Shown in pieces: positions 19,773-29,791 of a stretch of 64,000 nt of DNA. Under the pieces are notes generated by a model. The model did not search any database. It was given only the letters and a program-made list of their open reading frames with translations, and was not told the origin of the DNA. Position numbers and translations under genes: made by a program. The stretch is from a virus (Duplodnaviria > Heunggongvirae > Uroviricota > Caudoviricetes): IMG/VR virus record IMGVR_UViG_3300031760_000016, positions 43,455-107,454 of that record; one strand, 5' to 3'. Each line of letters opens with the position of its first letter. Position 1 is the first letter of the stretch.

Positions 19773-21278
19773 TCACTCGCATCGCGACCAGCCGCAGGAC
19801 TTGCAGACGTCGCAGCCGCCCTCATGGACGATCTCGTTCCCGCACTTTGGACACAGGTGCTTTTCGCCCTTTGCGGGCTTGACCGTATCTTCGTGAACAT
19901 GCGGCTTGTGAGGATCGCAAACCTCAGGGGTTTCAGGCGATCCGATCTCAGACTGCATTTCCGTCCACATATCCATGAGCGCGTTACCAATGGCTACGGG
20001 GCAGCATGAACCCTTGGACGTGTCGTGCTTGGTGGCGGAGCGCACAGCGTAAGAGGGGCAGACGCCGCAGCTGTGAAGCTGGTCTACGATGGCGAATATA
20101 TCGCACCCGGATCTGGCGGCGAGTGAAATCATCCGGCTGAGGCCGACCATGTAATTGTTGCAGCCGCCGGAGGATCCCTTGCTGAGATAGGTTTCCAGAA
20201 GGTCGCCGTTTTCCGGGTCAAAGAATGCAGTACAATGCAGAGATCCGCACCCCGTGGTGAGCTTGCGCTTCTTGCCGACCACATTATCGGACGATTCGAT
20301 GACCGCGCCGCGAGGGAGTACGTCGATCTCATTGAGTTTTTCGCTCTTGGGAGTGGGTTCTGGAGCTGGATTTTCCTCTTTCTTCGTCTCGGTCGTCAGT
20401 ATGCCGGCCCGGCGGCAACCGTTTCTGAAGACGGTGATGCCCTTCAGGCCATTTTCCCAGGCGTCGAAATAGATCTTTTCAACGTCTTCAACCGTCGCTT
20501 CGAACGGAAGGTTGACGGTAGAAGAAATTGAGGCGTCGATGTAGCGCTGCCATGCCGCCTGCATGAGCACGCGGTCGTGCGGAGCGATGTCCGCCGAGGT
20601 CACGAAGAAATCCGGAAGTTCAGAGTCGTCCTTGAGGTTGTGGGCTTCCATGTAGGTTTTTACAATGGGAGTGTAAACCTTGTACTCCTTCGCCTCTTCG
20701 TACAGGCTTTCAGTTTTACGGGTGTAGAAGTTGGCAAAGATGGGCTCCAGGCCACCCGACACGCCGATCATCGTTGACAGGGTGCCGGTGGGCGCGATCG
20801 TCAAGAGCTGGCTGTTTCTCAGGCCATACTCATGTATGTATTTTTTGTTGTCTTCGGAGATATTCAGGGAGTAGAACGGTGACTTCGCAAGTTTTTGCTC
20901 GTCGTACATGGGGAACGGGTCGTCCTGCGCTGCGAGATTTGCCGAAGCATATACAGCGGAATTGAGGATGGTGTCGGCAACCGAACGGCAAATATCAATG
21001 GATTCAGGGCTGCCATACCTCACGCCCATTTTGATGAGCATGTCGGCAACGCCCATGACGCCGAGGCCGATCTGTCTCCAGTCCCTCACGCTGTCGCGCT
21101 GCTCCTGCAGCGGGTGGAGGGGAAGACCCTCATCGAGTACGTCGTTCAGGGCTACAGTCGCGATGAATGCGGCCTCGCCGAGTTCTTCAAAGTCAAGGTT
21201 GCCGTTTGAGTCAACAAATTCGGCGAGATTCAAACTACCGAGCAGGCAGCTCCCGCCGGGCGGCAACGGTTCCTCTGC
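19773..21278 (-). CDS. nrdJ: Class II (B12-dependent, NrdJ-like) ribonucleotide reductase, exon 2
   Basis: Begins AEEPLPPGGSCLLGSLNL, the RNR active-site loop following NPC. Contains TIAPTGTLS and a C-terminal 4-Cys ribbon (CPKCG...CDVCKSCG). No small subunit nearby. The ORF-track start at 21281 is an artificial TTG. Confidence 0.7.
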   Translation of the reverse strand, partial: AEEPLPPGGSCLLGSLNLAEFVDSNGNLDFEELGEAAFIATVALNDVLDEGLPLHPLQEQRDSVRDWRQIGLGVMGVADMLIKMGVRYGSPESIDICRSVADTILNSAVYASANLAAQDDPFPMYDEQKLAKSPFYSLNISEDNKKYIHEYGLRNSQLLTIAPTGTLSTMIGVSGGLEPIFANFYTRKTESLYEEAKEYKVYTPIVKTYMEAHNLKDDSELPDFFVTSADIAPHDRVLMQAAWQRYIDASISSTVNLPFEATVEDVEKIYFDAWENGLKGITVFRNGCRRAGILTTETKKEENPAPEPTPKSEKLNEIDVLPRGAVIESSDNVVGKKRKLTTGCGSLHCTAFFDPENGDLLETYLSKGSSGGCNNYMVGLSRMISLAARSGCDIFAIVDQLHSCGVCPSYAVRSATKHDTSKGSCCPVAIGNALMDMWTEMQSEIGSPETPEVCDPHKPHVHEDTVKPAKGEKHLCPKCGNEIVHEGGCDVCKSCGWSRCE

Positions 21279-22164
21279 CAAAGAGGTATTTAGACTATAT
21301 CTTCACCCTACGCACACATCTGTAGGGGGTTCGCACTCTTCAAATCGACCTGTATAGACCATAATTCATCGGACATCCATGCCGGTTGGCATTCATATCC
21401 GAGGTAAGCCTTATACAGCATTGAAGGGACGAGATAGGGGATGATCAAACTGAAGAAAATGTTGTAGCTCTCCTTCTTGATTCTGAGCCTTGTGAATTTC
21501 CCGCGCTTGACCAATGAGGTTTTGATGTCATAGTTTTCCAGAAGAGCATCCTGAATGGTCTTGATGTCGTCGTATGTATATCGGTCTGTGCAGAAATCAA
21601 CGCGCCTGTCGGTGATTGTACCTTTACTCCGTCCGACCAGGCAGACGTAACCGTCTGACATGTACCAGTTTGCCAGACCGTACGGCGTGAGCCAGTCGAG
21701 CGCTTCCCGGGTGATTATTCTGTGGCGGTAATCATCATAGAAGTTGTTGTATATTTTGGTAAAATACGGATGGGCGAGTATTATGTATTCCCAGTTCTCC
21801 TGATGATTGCACCAGCCTGAATAATGCTCCGGCGTGTAAATGACTTTGGATTTAAAACCCGAGCAGCTTTCGATTTCCTCTGCGATATTATTGATGAAGT
21901 CCTGATGAATGCTCTTGATTCTGAATGCCCGCTTATGGACACCCTTGTCTATCATCCCGTCACCGAGTATTAGTCCTGTTAAGAACCCTCTTAACTCTGA
22001 ACTGTTCATATGTTATAGCCCCCTATAACTGTTTTTTCGATTTGATTTTAGTCGTTGAACCTTCCTCATATTTCTGAGGCTTGGCTGCTGATTGCCTTTC
22101 GGTTTCCAGCAATTCGCGAACGATTGTTTTCATGAGATTGCTCTCAAGCCCTGCGCAAAAGTTC
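21279..22164 (-). mobile_element. Group I intron in nrdJ carrying a LAGLIDADG homing endonuclease ORF
   Basis: Exon 1 stops reading 5 codons after NPC; exon 2 resumes in frame after a G. Minus strand shows Q-like AAUCAGCAGCCAAGCC, R-like AAGGUUCAACGACUAA and, near the 3' end, S-like GAAGAUAUAGUC. The HEG ORF sits between them. Confidence 0.7.
21308..22009 (-). CDS. LAGLIDADG-family homing endonuclease (intron-encoded)
   Basis: 233 aa. GFLTGLILGDGMIDKG is a LAGLIDADG motif. Own start and stop inside the intron. Confidence 0.6.
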   Translation of the reverse strand: MNSSELRGFLTGLILGDGMIDKGVHKRAFRIKSIHQDFINNIAEEIESCSGFKSKVIYTPEHYSGWCNHQENWEYIILAHPYFTKIYNNFYDDYRHRIITREALDWLTPYGLANWYMSDGYVCLVGRSKGTITDRRVDFCTDRYTYDDIKTIQDALLENYDIKTSLVKRGKFTRLRIKKESYNIFFSLIIPYLVPSMLYKAYLGYECQPAWMSDELWSIQVDLKSANPLQMCA

Positions 22165-22971
22165 ACAGGGATTTGTGCCAGCGTATTCAAAGTTCTCATA
22201 TTCACTCAGCAGGTTCCAGCTGGAGATCATGTCCCAGAACAGCATTCCGGGTTCTCCCATGTCCCAGTTGTTCTCCGCGATGTGATGGAACAGCTGCCTT
22301 GCGTTTACGGTTTTGCGAATGGTTTCGCCGGTTTCGGAGCGCGTGAACCTGAGTTCAAACGGCTCATCGTTTTCCACGGCCTGCATGAATTCATCGGACA
22401 TGCGGACGGAAATGTTGGCTTTGGTGACGCGATCGAGATCCTTCTTGATGTCCACGAATTCCTCGATGTCCGGGTGATCACAGCTCAGAGAGAGCATCAG
22501 CGCACCGCGCCGGCCATTCTGGGAAATCAGCCCGGTAACCATGGAATACAGATCCATGAACGACACCGCGCCGGAACTCGCCTTTGCCGCGTTTCTCACG
22601 ACCGCGCCCCTGGGTGCCAGCTTTGACAGGTCAGTGCCGCATCCTCCGCCGTACGAATACGTGCGAGCCAGCTTCTTGGCGCAATCAAAGATGGATTCGA
22701 GGTTGTCCTCAGGAGGCGTGACGACATAGCAGTTACTATAGCTGATTTTCTTTCCTTCTTTTGTGAGTCCGCGGTTGGCGAGGATGCGCCCTCCAAACAG
22801 GAATTTCTTTTCCAGAATCAGGCGTTTGACCTGAGGGTCATTACCGCTCACTCTGGTCACCCATTCCAGAAAGCTTTCGCCATCATTGCGGTATTTCTGC
22901 TCCCAGATGTTTATGCCGATCTGATTATCAGCGCCGAGCCAATCCTGTACCGTCATTTCTCTGGCATCCAA
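22165..22971 (-). CDS. nrdJ: Class II ribonucleotide reductase, exon 1
   Basis: Blocks IWEQKY...LEWVTRVS, SNCYVV and GGGCGTDLSKLAPRGA; ends ...YAGTNPC at the intron insertion point. Confidence 0.7.
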
Positions 22972-23519
22972 GTTGTATTTCCCTCCTCCTGCTTCAGCAA
23001 ATTCCTGACGATACCCATCAGCTTGCGCGTCAGATCGACGAGTGTACCGTCGTTGTCGATGGTGATGTCCGGGTTCATGGATTCAATGAGCGTCTCCGAG
23101 GAGTGCGCTCGCTGCTCCTCCGTCAGGCCGTTGTCATAGTTGTCGCGCACGAGTTTGATGTGTGTGACGTCATAGCCCTGCTTCTTCAAAAGTGTGATTT
23201 CGTTCGGGAATCTGCAGTCCGGAATCAGAACGAAATCCCATTTATCCGGGAAGAACTGCAGCATCTGGGCAATGAACCCCACCCAGTAATCCGGGTTTTG
23301 CGCCCGGATGGACTCCGTCCCGACGGTCTGGAGCAGTGAGCGCCCGTACTCGTCCTTACGTCCGTCCCAGCCGAACAGCTGCCTGCAGACGAACTTCAGA
23401 AGATCTGCGTTGTGGATGATGAGCACGCGCTTGCCATCACCCCATAGCATTTTGCGAATGATTTCAGCGGAAGTGTCTTTTCCGCTTTGAGCGGTACCTG
23501 AGATGCATATGATTTTCAT
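22953..23519 (-). CDS. Deoxynucleoside monophosphate kinase (T4 gp1-like)
   Basis: 188 aa. MKIICISGTAQSGKDTSA vs T4 gp1 MKLIFLSGVKRSGKDTTA; FVLIPDCRFPNE vs YYIVPDTRQDHE. Confidence 0.7.
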   Translation of the reverse strand: MKIICISGTAQSGKDTSAEIIRKMLWGDGKRVLIIHNADLLKFVCRQLFGWDGRKDEYGRSLLQTVGTESIRAQNPDYWVGFIAQMLQFFPDKWDFVLIPDCRFPNEITLLKKQGYDVTHIKLVRDNYDNGLTEEQRAHSSETLIESMNPDITIDNDGTLVDLTRKLMGIVRNLLKQEEGNTTWMPEK

Positions 23520-23520
23520 G

Positions 23521-23775
23521 TCACTCGTCCGCCTTGGAAACCACTTCGCCCTTGCTGTTCTTGACAGTTAGGGACGGAATGCAGAACTGACGAATGCTTT
23601 CCAGCCGCTCTTCCGGAGTTTTCGTTTCGTCCTTGGTTTTGTCGTACACGATCTTGAGCGCCGCGTACATTCCCTGGGCAAGCCCGCTTTTGAATTGCTC
23701 CTCCAGCCTGAGCCGGAATGACATTTTGAGCTTGTCCTGGAACTCCTTATCGTTGTGTTTGGCCAATAGAACCAC
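23521..23775 (-). CDS. Hypothetical protein
   Basis: 84 aa. Confidence 0.35.
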   Translation of the reverse strand: MVLLAKHNDKEFQDKLKMSFRLRLEEQFKSGLAQGMYAALKIVYDKTKDETKTPEERLESIRQFCIPSLTVKNSKGEVVSKADE

Positions 23776-23778
23776 CTC

Positions 23779-24162
23779 TTAATTCATGTCAAATATGATT
23801 TTGTGCTTGCATTCCTTGGCAAGATTGTCGATCAGATTGTCAAAGCACTTGCAGCAGAACCGTGCCTTGATGAACTCTCCGTCGTGCGCGGAGCCGTATC
23901 CCACGTTGTAGATGAAACCGAACCCCTCCTGCTCATCCCAGAAATCCAGGTCGTTACCACAGAGAGAACACTTCGGAGCCGGGTGCTCCTCAGCCCAGGA
24001 CATGATGGCCTTTTCAATTCGGTCGGGATACGCCTCAAGAACCTCAAGACACGGCTTATGTATGCCCTGAAACTGCCTGCCAACCGGGCAGTTTTCACAG
24101 TCATTATTCACTGACATGCACATGCGGTTGCGCTCGCGGACGACTTTCTTAAACTCTGCCAT
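23779..24162 (-). CDS. Cys-rich hypothetical protein
   Basis: 127 aa with multiple CxxC pairs. Confidence 0.4.
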   Translation of the reverse strand: MAEFKKVVRERNRMCMSVNNDCENCPVGRQFQGIHKPCLEVLEAYPDRIEKAIMSWAEEHPAPKCSLCGNDLDFWDEQEGFGFIYNVGYGSAHDGEFIKARFCCKCFDNLIDNLAKECKHKIIFDMN

Positions 24163-24374
24163 TTTTCTTAACCTCTCTTATCCTTTTTCGCAGATAGGTG
24201 TTCTCTTTCTCCAGCCTGAAGCATTTCCAGGTTATTGTGTTGTGCCACCATCTCCGGGTGCACCTTATGACCCTGGGAACCGTGCGGATTAGCAGGAATT
24301 CCACCAGGCCGATCACCAGCATCGCCAGCACCATGAGCAGGTTCGGAAGCGCACGAATGAGATCAAGCATTGCG

Positions 24375-24794
24375 TTAACCCCCCGATTCTTCGGACTGTT
24401 CGGTCTCAACGGGAACCGCGTCCCCTTCTTCGCTGTTGAGCTGATCGAGAGTGCTCCAGCCGCATATGCCATCCTCCTGCACGGTAAGGTGCTTCACCTT
24501 CATGCACTTGTCTGGCTGTACCGGAGTCGTTTTGAATTCCCACCATTCTGAGCCGTCGTATTCCTGGCGCTCAAGCCACCCGCCGTTGCACATTACCACC
24601 AGGTCTTTGGCAACTTCCTGCCAGCCAAAGCCCGGGTAATAATCCGTGGCCTCGATCAGTTCGAGGAAATTGTCGATGGGTATGTAGTAATCTTCGCCAC
24701 CGACCCAGATGATGTCGTTCAGCGTGCGTTCGTGCTGCGCGAGCACAGCGACGAGCTCTGTTTTCATATTGATGTCGTGACAATTGCAGCTCAT
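24375..24794 (-). CDS. Hypothetical protein
   Basis: 139 aa. Confidence 0.35.
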   Translation of the reverse strand: MSCNCHDINMKTELVAVLAQHERTLNDIIWVGGEDYYIPIDNFLELIEATDYYPGFGWQEVAKDLVVMCNGGWLERQEYDGSEWWEFKTTPVQPDKCMKVKHLTVQEDGICGWSTLDQLNSEEGDAVPVETEQSEESGG

Positions 24795-25027
24795 CTCTTG
24801 CCTCCTTCAGTAAACATGGCGTAGATCACAACGCCGATGAGGATCAGAATGAGAAGTGCAAGCGGAGCCCAGATAGGGGCCGTGACCCACCACCAGCTCC
24901 AGTCGATCACGCCGCACAGCTTCAGGATGATGAAAGCTGTGCCCAGAAGATTGGAAGTACTTATTGCGGCTGGCATGTTGTAGCTTCTGTCTTTCGTTTG
25001 AACCACTCCCTTATCATTCAAGCTCAT
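24791..25027 (-). CDS. Small membrane protein
   Basis: 78 aa with two hydrophobic helices. Confidence 0.35.
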   Translation of the reverse strand: MSLNDKGVVQTKDRSYNMPAAISTSNLLGTAFIILKLCGVIDWSWWWVTAPIWAPLALLILILIGVVIYAMFTEGGKR

Positions 25028-28000
25028 CCATCAGGTCTTCATCGACCCGGATCAGCTTGTATTTTTCCAATGTGAAATATCCCTTTGAATCTCTGGAATA
25101 TCTCAGACACCTGATTATGTCGCCCTTCTTGATCGGCTCCAGATTGAATGCCCTGTTGAAGACGGTAAACCGGCTCTCGATCCCGCTGCCGATGGACTGT
25201 GTGAGCACGTTGTAGCCGAACTGAGCGCCGTCGCGCTTCCGCTTCACCGGGTAGACGTCCTTGATGTAGAGCATCGATCGCTCGTCGTCATTCCCTGAGA
25301 CATATCCGCTGTAGCCCATCGCTTCATTAAAATGCCTGACCTTGGTGACCACGCCGTAGTCGCTGAGGTTCAGAGATAAAACCTTGCGCTCGCAATCCCG
25401 GATGATTTGGGGTGTATCTGTGAGCGTGTAGTTCGCGGCGTCCTTGCCATCCTTCGTCTTTCCGGTGCTGTATTTCTGGACGATCGGCTCTATGTACGAC
25501 CCGGCGATCCGCTCCTTCTTGATCTGCTTGGCGCCGCCCTGTTTGAACAGTTCCCAGAAAAAGACGATGTTCTCCAGTTCCCGCTGATTTCCAAACCCTG
25601 AGAAAAAGTCAATGTGAATAAGAATTTTCAGCTGGCGGGCGTCGAGGCCAACGACGTTGGTCATGTCCGTCAGCAGGTCAGAAAAGTACTCGTACTGGTG
25701 GTCACGCGACAGCTGATACAGCTTTCTGGCAACCTTATCGCCGATGAACTTGATGGATGAAAGTCCTTTGGCTATGGTCTTGCTGTCTGGATCACAGGAG
25801 TATTCGCTTTGCGAGATGGAGTACTTTGGAGGGGTCACCGATATGCCGTACTGTTTCGCCAGTATCGTGCCGTTCTTGATATCGTCATCGTTTGCGGCGT
25901 TATTCAGAAAGGCTGTGATGAATTGAACCGGATAGTAAAACCTGTAATAGGCGCAGAGATATCCGAGCAGGCAATACGCTATGCTGTGGTTGTAGCCAAA
26001 CATATAAGAACTTGCGTCCTCGATGATCTGCAGGAACTCTCCGCATTCCTTTTCAGCGACTTCACGCGGCTTGTCGGACTTGGAGCAGTACCCGTCCAGA
26101 ATCTTTGGTAAAGCTTCTTCAAGGATCTCTGGTTTTTTACGGGCTATGCCGCGGCGAACGGTGTCAGCGTAAGAACCGCTCAGACCGCAGACCTTTTGAA
26201 GAAACGCTATGATGTCCTCTTGGTACGTCAGATATCCAAGGTTGTCAGACAGCAATTCGTCGATCAATTCAGACGGATTGTGATGTTTTTTGTGCGCCAA
26301 TAGCGCGTCCCTGTACGACGCTCCAGACGGACGAATGCATGCTGTAACAAGCGACATATCAAAGATGCTATTGGGTTGAAATTGTTTAAGACTTTTGAAG
26401 GCATATTCACCCTCGAACTGGAACACGGCTCCAGGATATTTGATCATATCCGACCAGACCTTTTCGTCGTCCCAGTTGATTTCATAGGTTCTTGGATACG
26501 GAACCCCGATCAGCTTGCACGTGTCGCGGATGACCTGAACCGTTTTCAAAACCAGAAAGTCATACTTTGCCGCGCCAACCTCGTGGAGCTCCTCCATGTC
26601 AATGACCAGGCAGCGCTCGCTGTCCTTGTCGAAAACGCCGTATTCCTCGTCGAGATCGATGGGGGAGATCACCATCCCGGCGGGGTGGACGGACTGAGAA
26701 ACCTTCGTTCCCAGCAGGCCGTCAAAGTAGTAAAACAGTTCGGGGTACTTGCCCTTGGCAGCTTCCGGATTTGAGTTGTACTCGGTCTTGATCTTGTCGA
26801 TCTTCTTCAACGCCCAAGGATTCTCGCTCTGCTCCGCATCCGGATGCGCGGCCTCCCACATAGACCTCAGAGCGCCGCCGGCGTCGTCGATGGTTCCCAG
26901 TTCGGCGATCGTGCCGAACGACGCCACACGCGCCGTGTGGTTCGTGCCGAACCTTTGCATGATGTATTGGAAAATTGCTGGACGGTCTGATTCAACCACG
27001 TCGATATCTATATCTCCAATTTCCGTCCTGTCCTCGTTCGCAAAGCGTGAGAACACGGTGTGCCATTGCTCGGGGTTCAGGTCGATGATGTCGGTGACGT
27101 AGGCCACTCTCGACCCGCCGACCGATCCTCTCGCGGTTCCGATCGCCATGCCGTGTTCCTTGCACCACGAGACGAGCTCGCTCATACTGAGCATAAACCC
27201 GCACATTTTCAGCTTGCTGAAAACGCGGAGTTCTTCAGAAATCGCTTCTCTGAAAGCATCCTCCTGATCTCTCGGTATGATGCCGTTTTCCAGCTTCTCG
27301 TCCAGCTTTTGCCAGGTCAGTTCAATGTACTTGCGTTCATCCGCTTCGGCAGAGCCGTAAAGGATGGGATATTTGATGCTGCGGTCGAGTTCAAAATCCT
27401 CAACCGTGTCCGCCATCCTGTTCGTGTTTTCGATCGCCTCAAGAAAAACCTCTTCCGGCAGCGCGGCCTGTCTGCGGAACATCTCCACGAATTCATTGTA
27501 GTTTTTCCAGGTCAGATCAAGGCTGTCCTCGTCGCCGTAATTCTTTTTCTTCCGGATCATCAGAATGCTCCTGCACTCGGCCTTGTACTTGGACGAGTTA
27601 TGTGTGTCTGTCCCGGCGATCAACGGCTTCCCGATCTTATGCGACAGCGCGAAAAGCCGGCGGTTGAAATTCACCTGATCTTCGCAATTGTGCGCCTGAA
27701 TCTCCAGGTAGTCATAGTGCTGAGCCAGTTCCATGTACCTTGGGTGGTCGTCCGGCAGCCTGTTCAGCGGCGAAGCCAGACACGCGCTGGTCTTGATGAT
27801 GTTGTCAGATATGTTCAGGAACTCATCAAATGAGATCCTGTTCGTGTAGTAGAAGTGTTCTGGATTGCTTGACAGCCCGATGAGCCGGTTCAATTCGTGA
27901 ACGCCATCGAGGTTTTTGGCAATCAGAACCGTGTGATAGTTATCCCTGACCTTCGGTTCAAGCTGCTCGGTGAGGTAGATTTCCACACCGTGCATGAATT

Positions 28001-28304
28001 TGATTCCATGCGCCTCGCAGTACAGCTTCTTGCTGACCCAGCCGAGCGGCTTGCCGTGTTCGGTGGAAGCGATGGCTTTCATGCCCTGCTCGGCGGCGAG
28101 GTCGACGTAATCCTCAAACTTTGAGCAGCTGTCCAGGAGCGAATAGTCAGAGTGAAGATGGTATACGGTGTAATTTCCAGATGGCATTCCCGACCTCCTT
28201 AACTGAGCCGTTCGCGCGATTCGTACAACCTTTCCCAGATCTCTCTGCCCTGATCCACAGGGCTGTCCTTTGGCAACAAGAGGCTGTCGCGGTTCTTGAC
28301 CCAT
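25014..28304 (-). CDS. dnaE: DNA polymerase III alpha subunit (DnaE family) with N-terminal PHP domain
   Basis: 1096 aa. N-terminus YTVYHLHSDYSLLDSCSKFEDYVDLAAEQGMKAIASTEHG is a PHP domain. Length and central polymerase blocks fit the DnaE family. Confidence 0.8.
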   Translation of the reverse strand: MGQEPRQPLVAKGQPCGSGQRDLGKVVRIARTAQLRRSGMPSGNYTVYHLHSDYSLLDSCSKFEDYVDLAAEQGMKAIASTEHGKPLGWVSKKLYCEAHGIKFMHGVEIYLTEQLEPKVRDNYHTVLIAKNLDGVHELNRLIGLSSNPEHFYYTNRISFDEFLNISDNIIKTSACLASPLNRLPDDHPRYMELAQHYDYLEIQAHNCEDQVNFNRRLFALSHKIGKPLIAGTDTHNSSKYKAECRSILMIRKKKNYGDEDSLDLTWKNYNEFVEMFRRQAALPEEVFLEAIENTNRMADTVEDFELDRSIKYPILYGSAEADERKYIELTWQKLDEKLENGIIPRDQEDAFREAISEELRVFSKLKMCGFMLSMSELVSWCKEHGMAIGTARGSVGGSRVAYVTDIIDLNPEQWHTVFSRFANEDRTEIGDIDIDVVESDRPAIFQYIMQRFGTNHTARVASFGTIAELGTIDDAGGALRSMWEAAHPDAEQSENPWALKKIDKIKTEYNSNPEAAKGKYPELFYYFDGLLGTKVSQSVHPAGMVISPIDLDEEYGVFDKDSERCLVIDMEELHEVGAAKYDFLVLKTVQVIRDTCKLIGVPYPRTYEINWDDEKVWSDMIKYPGAVFQFEGEYAFKSLKQFQPNSIFDMSLVTACIRPSGASYRDALLAHKKHHNPSELIDELLSDNLGYLTYQEDIIAFLQKVCGLSGSYADTVRRGIARKKPEILEEALPKILDGYCSKSDKPREVAEKECGEFLQIIEDASSYMFGYNHSIAYCLLGYLCAYYRFYYPVQFITAFLNNAANDDDIKNGTILAKQYGISVTPPKYSISQSEYSCDPDSKTIAKGLSSIKFIGDKVARKLYQLSRDHQYEYFSDLLTDMTNVVGLDARQLKILIHIDFFSGFGNQRELENIVFFWELFKQGGAKQIKKERIAGSYIEPIVQKYSTGKTKDGKDAANYTLTDTPQIIRDCERKVLSLNLSDYGVVTKVRHFNEAMGYSGYVSGNDDERSMLYIKDVYPVKRKRDGAQFGYNVLTQSIGSGIESRFTVFNRAFNLEPIKKGDIIRCLRYSRDSKGYFTLEKYKLIRVDEDLMDELE

Positions 28305-29197
28305 TCGACCCGTGCGTAAGACTGGAGTTTTTTGATGTTGTCATCCTTGAGAATGTTGATATCGGAATCCAGCGCGAAGACGATTCTCGTGCGATAGTAG
28401 CTGCATAGCTGAATGAGAAACCTGAACTGGAGAACGGACAGATGTGATGTGAGCAGAGCGCCTGTGTTTTGAAAACCCCATTCCTCCGCCTTCATGCAGC
28501 TCTTTGCGCCCTCAAACAGAATGAATTCCCCGGCCTTCAGGATCGCCTCGCGGTTGTCAGAATAGCCGTAGATGGTATCGAGAGTACCGATCTGCTGTTT
28601 ATAGGTGTACTTTCGCAGCTTCTTTGCCTTGTAATCCGGGTCGCAGGTTCTGCCGCAGACCGAAATGATATTGCCGTAGTAATCCTTGATGGGGTAGACG
28701 ATCCTGTCGTCGAAGGCATCGTATCGGACACCGTACTTCTTCAGCGTTTCCCAGCTGATGCCCTCATTGACCCAGAGCTGCAGTTTATCCTTTCGGAATT
28801 CATACTGCATCATCACGTCATCCGGAAGCGGTTTCGCAATCATTTCCGGAATTTTCTTGTGGCTGCCGCGATATTTCTTGGCAATGCGCGTGGCTTCAAG
28901 CCGCGTGACGACATGCCCGCTTTCGTCCTCGACGATGTGGGCGTAGCGCTTGAGAATGCGTACGGCCTTTCCAACGTCCACATTGTCGTGGAGCATCACA
29001 AACTCCACGATGTTCCCGCCCTTGGAGGTCGAGAAACAATACCAGTACTTTTTGTCCGGGTCTACGGAAAATGACGGCGTTTCATCCACCGAGAAACAGC
29101 TCCTGCCCCAGTACTCCCGGCCTCGCTGTTCGAGGTCAATGTACTGTGATATGTATTCGACGATGTCGATTGCGTCGATGATTTCCGATACGTCCAT
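28199..29197 (-). CDS. dnaG: DNA primase (DnaG-like, CHC2 zinc finger + TOPRIM)
   Basis: 332 aa. CFSVDETPSFSVDPDKKYWYCFSTSKGGNIVEF is the CHC2 zinc finger; downstream TOPRIM-like acidic blocks. Confidence 0.75.
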   Translation of the reverse strand: MDVSEIIDAIDIVEYISQYIDLEQRGREYWGRSCFSVDETPSFSVDPDKKYWYCFSTSKGGNIVEFVMLHDNVDVGKAVRILKRYAHIVEDESGHVVTRLEATRIAKKYRGSHKKIPEMIAKPLPDDVMMQYEFRKDKLQLWVNEGISWETLKKYGVRYDAFDDRIVYPIKDYYGNIISVCGRTCDPDYKAKKLRKYTYKQQIGTLDTIYGYSDNREAILKAGEFILFEGAKSCMKAEEWGFQNTGALLTSHLSVLQFRFLIQLCSYYRTRIVFALDSDINILKDDNIKKLQSYARVEWVKNRDSLLLPKDSPVDQGREIWERLYESRERLS

Positions 29198-29206
29198 ATG
29201 CCCTCC

Positions 29207-29527
29207 TTAGTAGGGCTCAAAGGGGCTGTGTTGCGTTGCCTCCTCGTACAGAATCTTGTCGCCTTGGAAGTTCACGTCTATGTACTCGCCCTCGTTCATT
29301 TGCGGTCCGTTGCGGTTGAATCGAACGAACAGCTTTTTGTTTCCGCAGACAGTCCCGTCTCGCTGAATCTCTTCTGGGGACTTGTCCTGAATCATGATGA
29401 TTGTGCTCGCATTTCTGGCAATCTTGGCGCTGTCCGCGAGGCGGCCTGTTGAGGTGGCCTGCGCCGCGCCGATGCCGGCGATGTTGAGTTCACCACACAA
29501 TTTGTTCTTGACCGTCAGTGTGTTCAT
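29207..29527 (-). CDS. dnaB: Replicative helicase DnaB, exon 2 (C-terminal segment)
   Basis: 106 aa. LCGELNIAGIGAAQ ~ LAKELNVPVIALSQ; GRLADSAKIARNAS ~ SDLRESGSIEQDAD; VRFNRNGP ~ AKQRNGP in E. coli DnaB. The 5' boundary is approximate. Confidence 0.6.
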   Translation of the reverse strand: MNTLTVKNKLCGELNIAGIGAAQATSTGRLADSAKIARNASTIIMIQDKSPEEIQRDGTVCGNKKLFVRFNRNGPQMNEGEYIDVNFQGDKILYEEATQHSPFEPY

Positions 29528-29791
29528 CTGCTTTCACAGATGCCTGGACTATATCATCGCTGCTTTCAGCGCCGACCGCTTAGTCTCTGAACCTTCCCCT
29601 GTTCGGGGCTTGGCTGCTGATTGCCCATTGAATCGCGCTTAGGATTTGACCGTACGCTATCCCGTGAATTCTTTCCGCTTTCGCCGCCTTCGCGCTCACA
29701 ACTTTCGCTGTCACGCTTTGGCTTCACGGGCTTTAGGGTTTTCCAGCAATTCGATCGGTTTTTCACGGCATTGCTACCGTGGGACTGGCCA
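29528..29791 (-). mobile_element. HEG-less group I intron splitting dnaB
   Basis: About 264 nt between the two DnaB exon ORFs. Minus strand carries Q-like GGGCAAUCAGCAGCCAAGCC, R-like AAGGUUCAGAGACUAA and S-like GAUGAUAUAGUCC. It shares 19-nt and 16-nt blocks with the nrdJ intron. Exact splice junctions are not determined. Confidence 0.6.

Noticed and set aside
19773-22971. Intein rather than intron in the RNR gene
   Set aside because: The reading frame is interrupted by stop codons. The endonuclease ORF has its own start. Group I Q/R/S-like core elements flank it.
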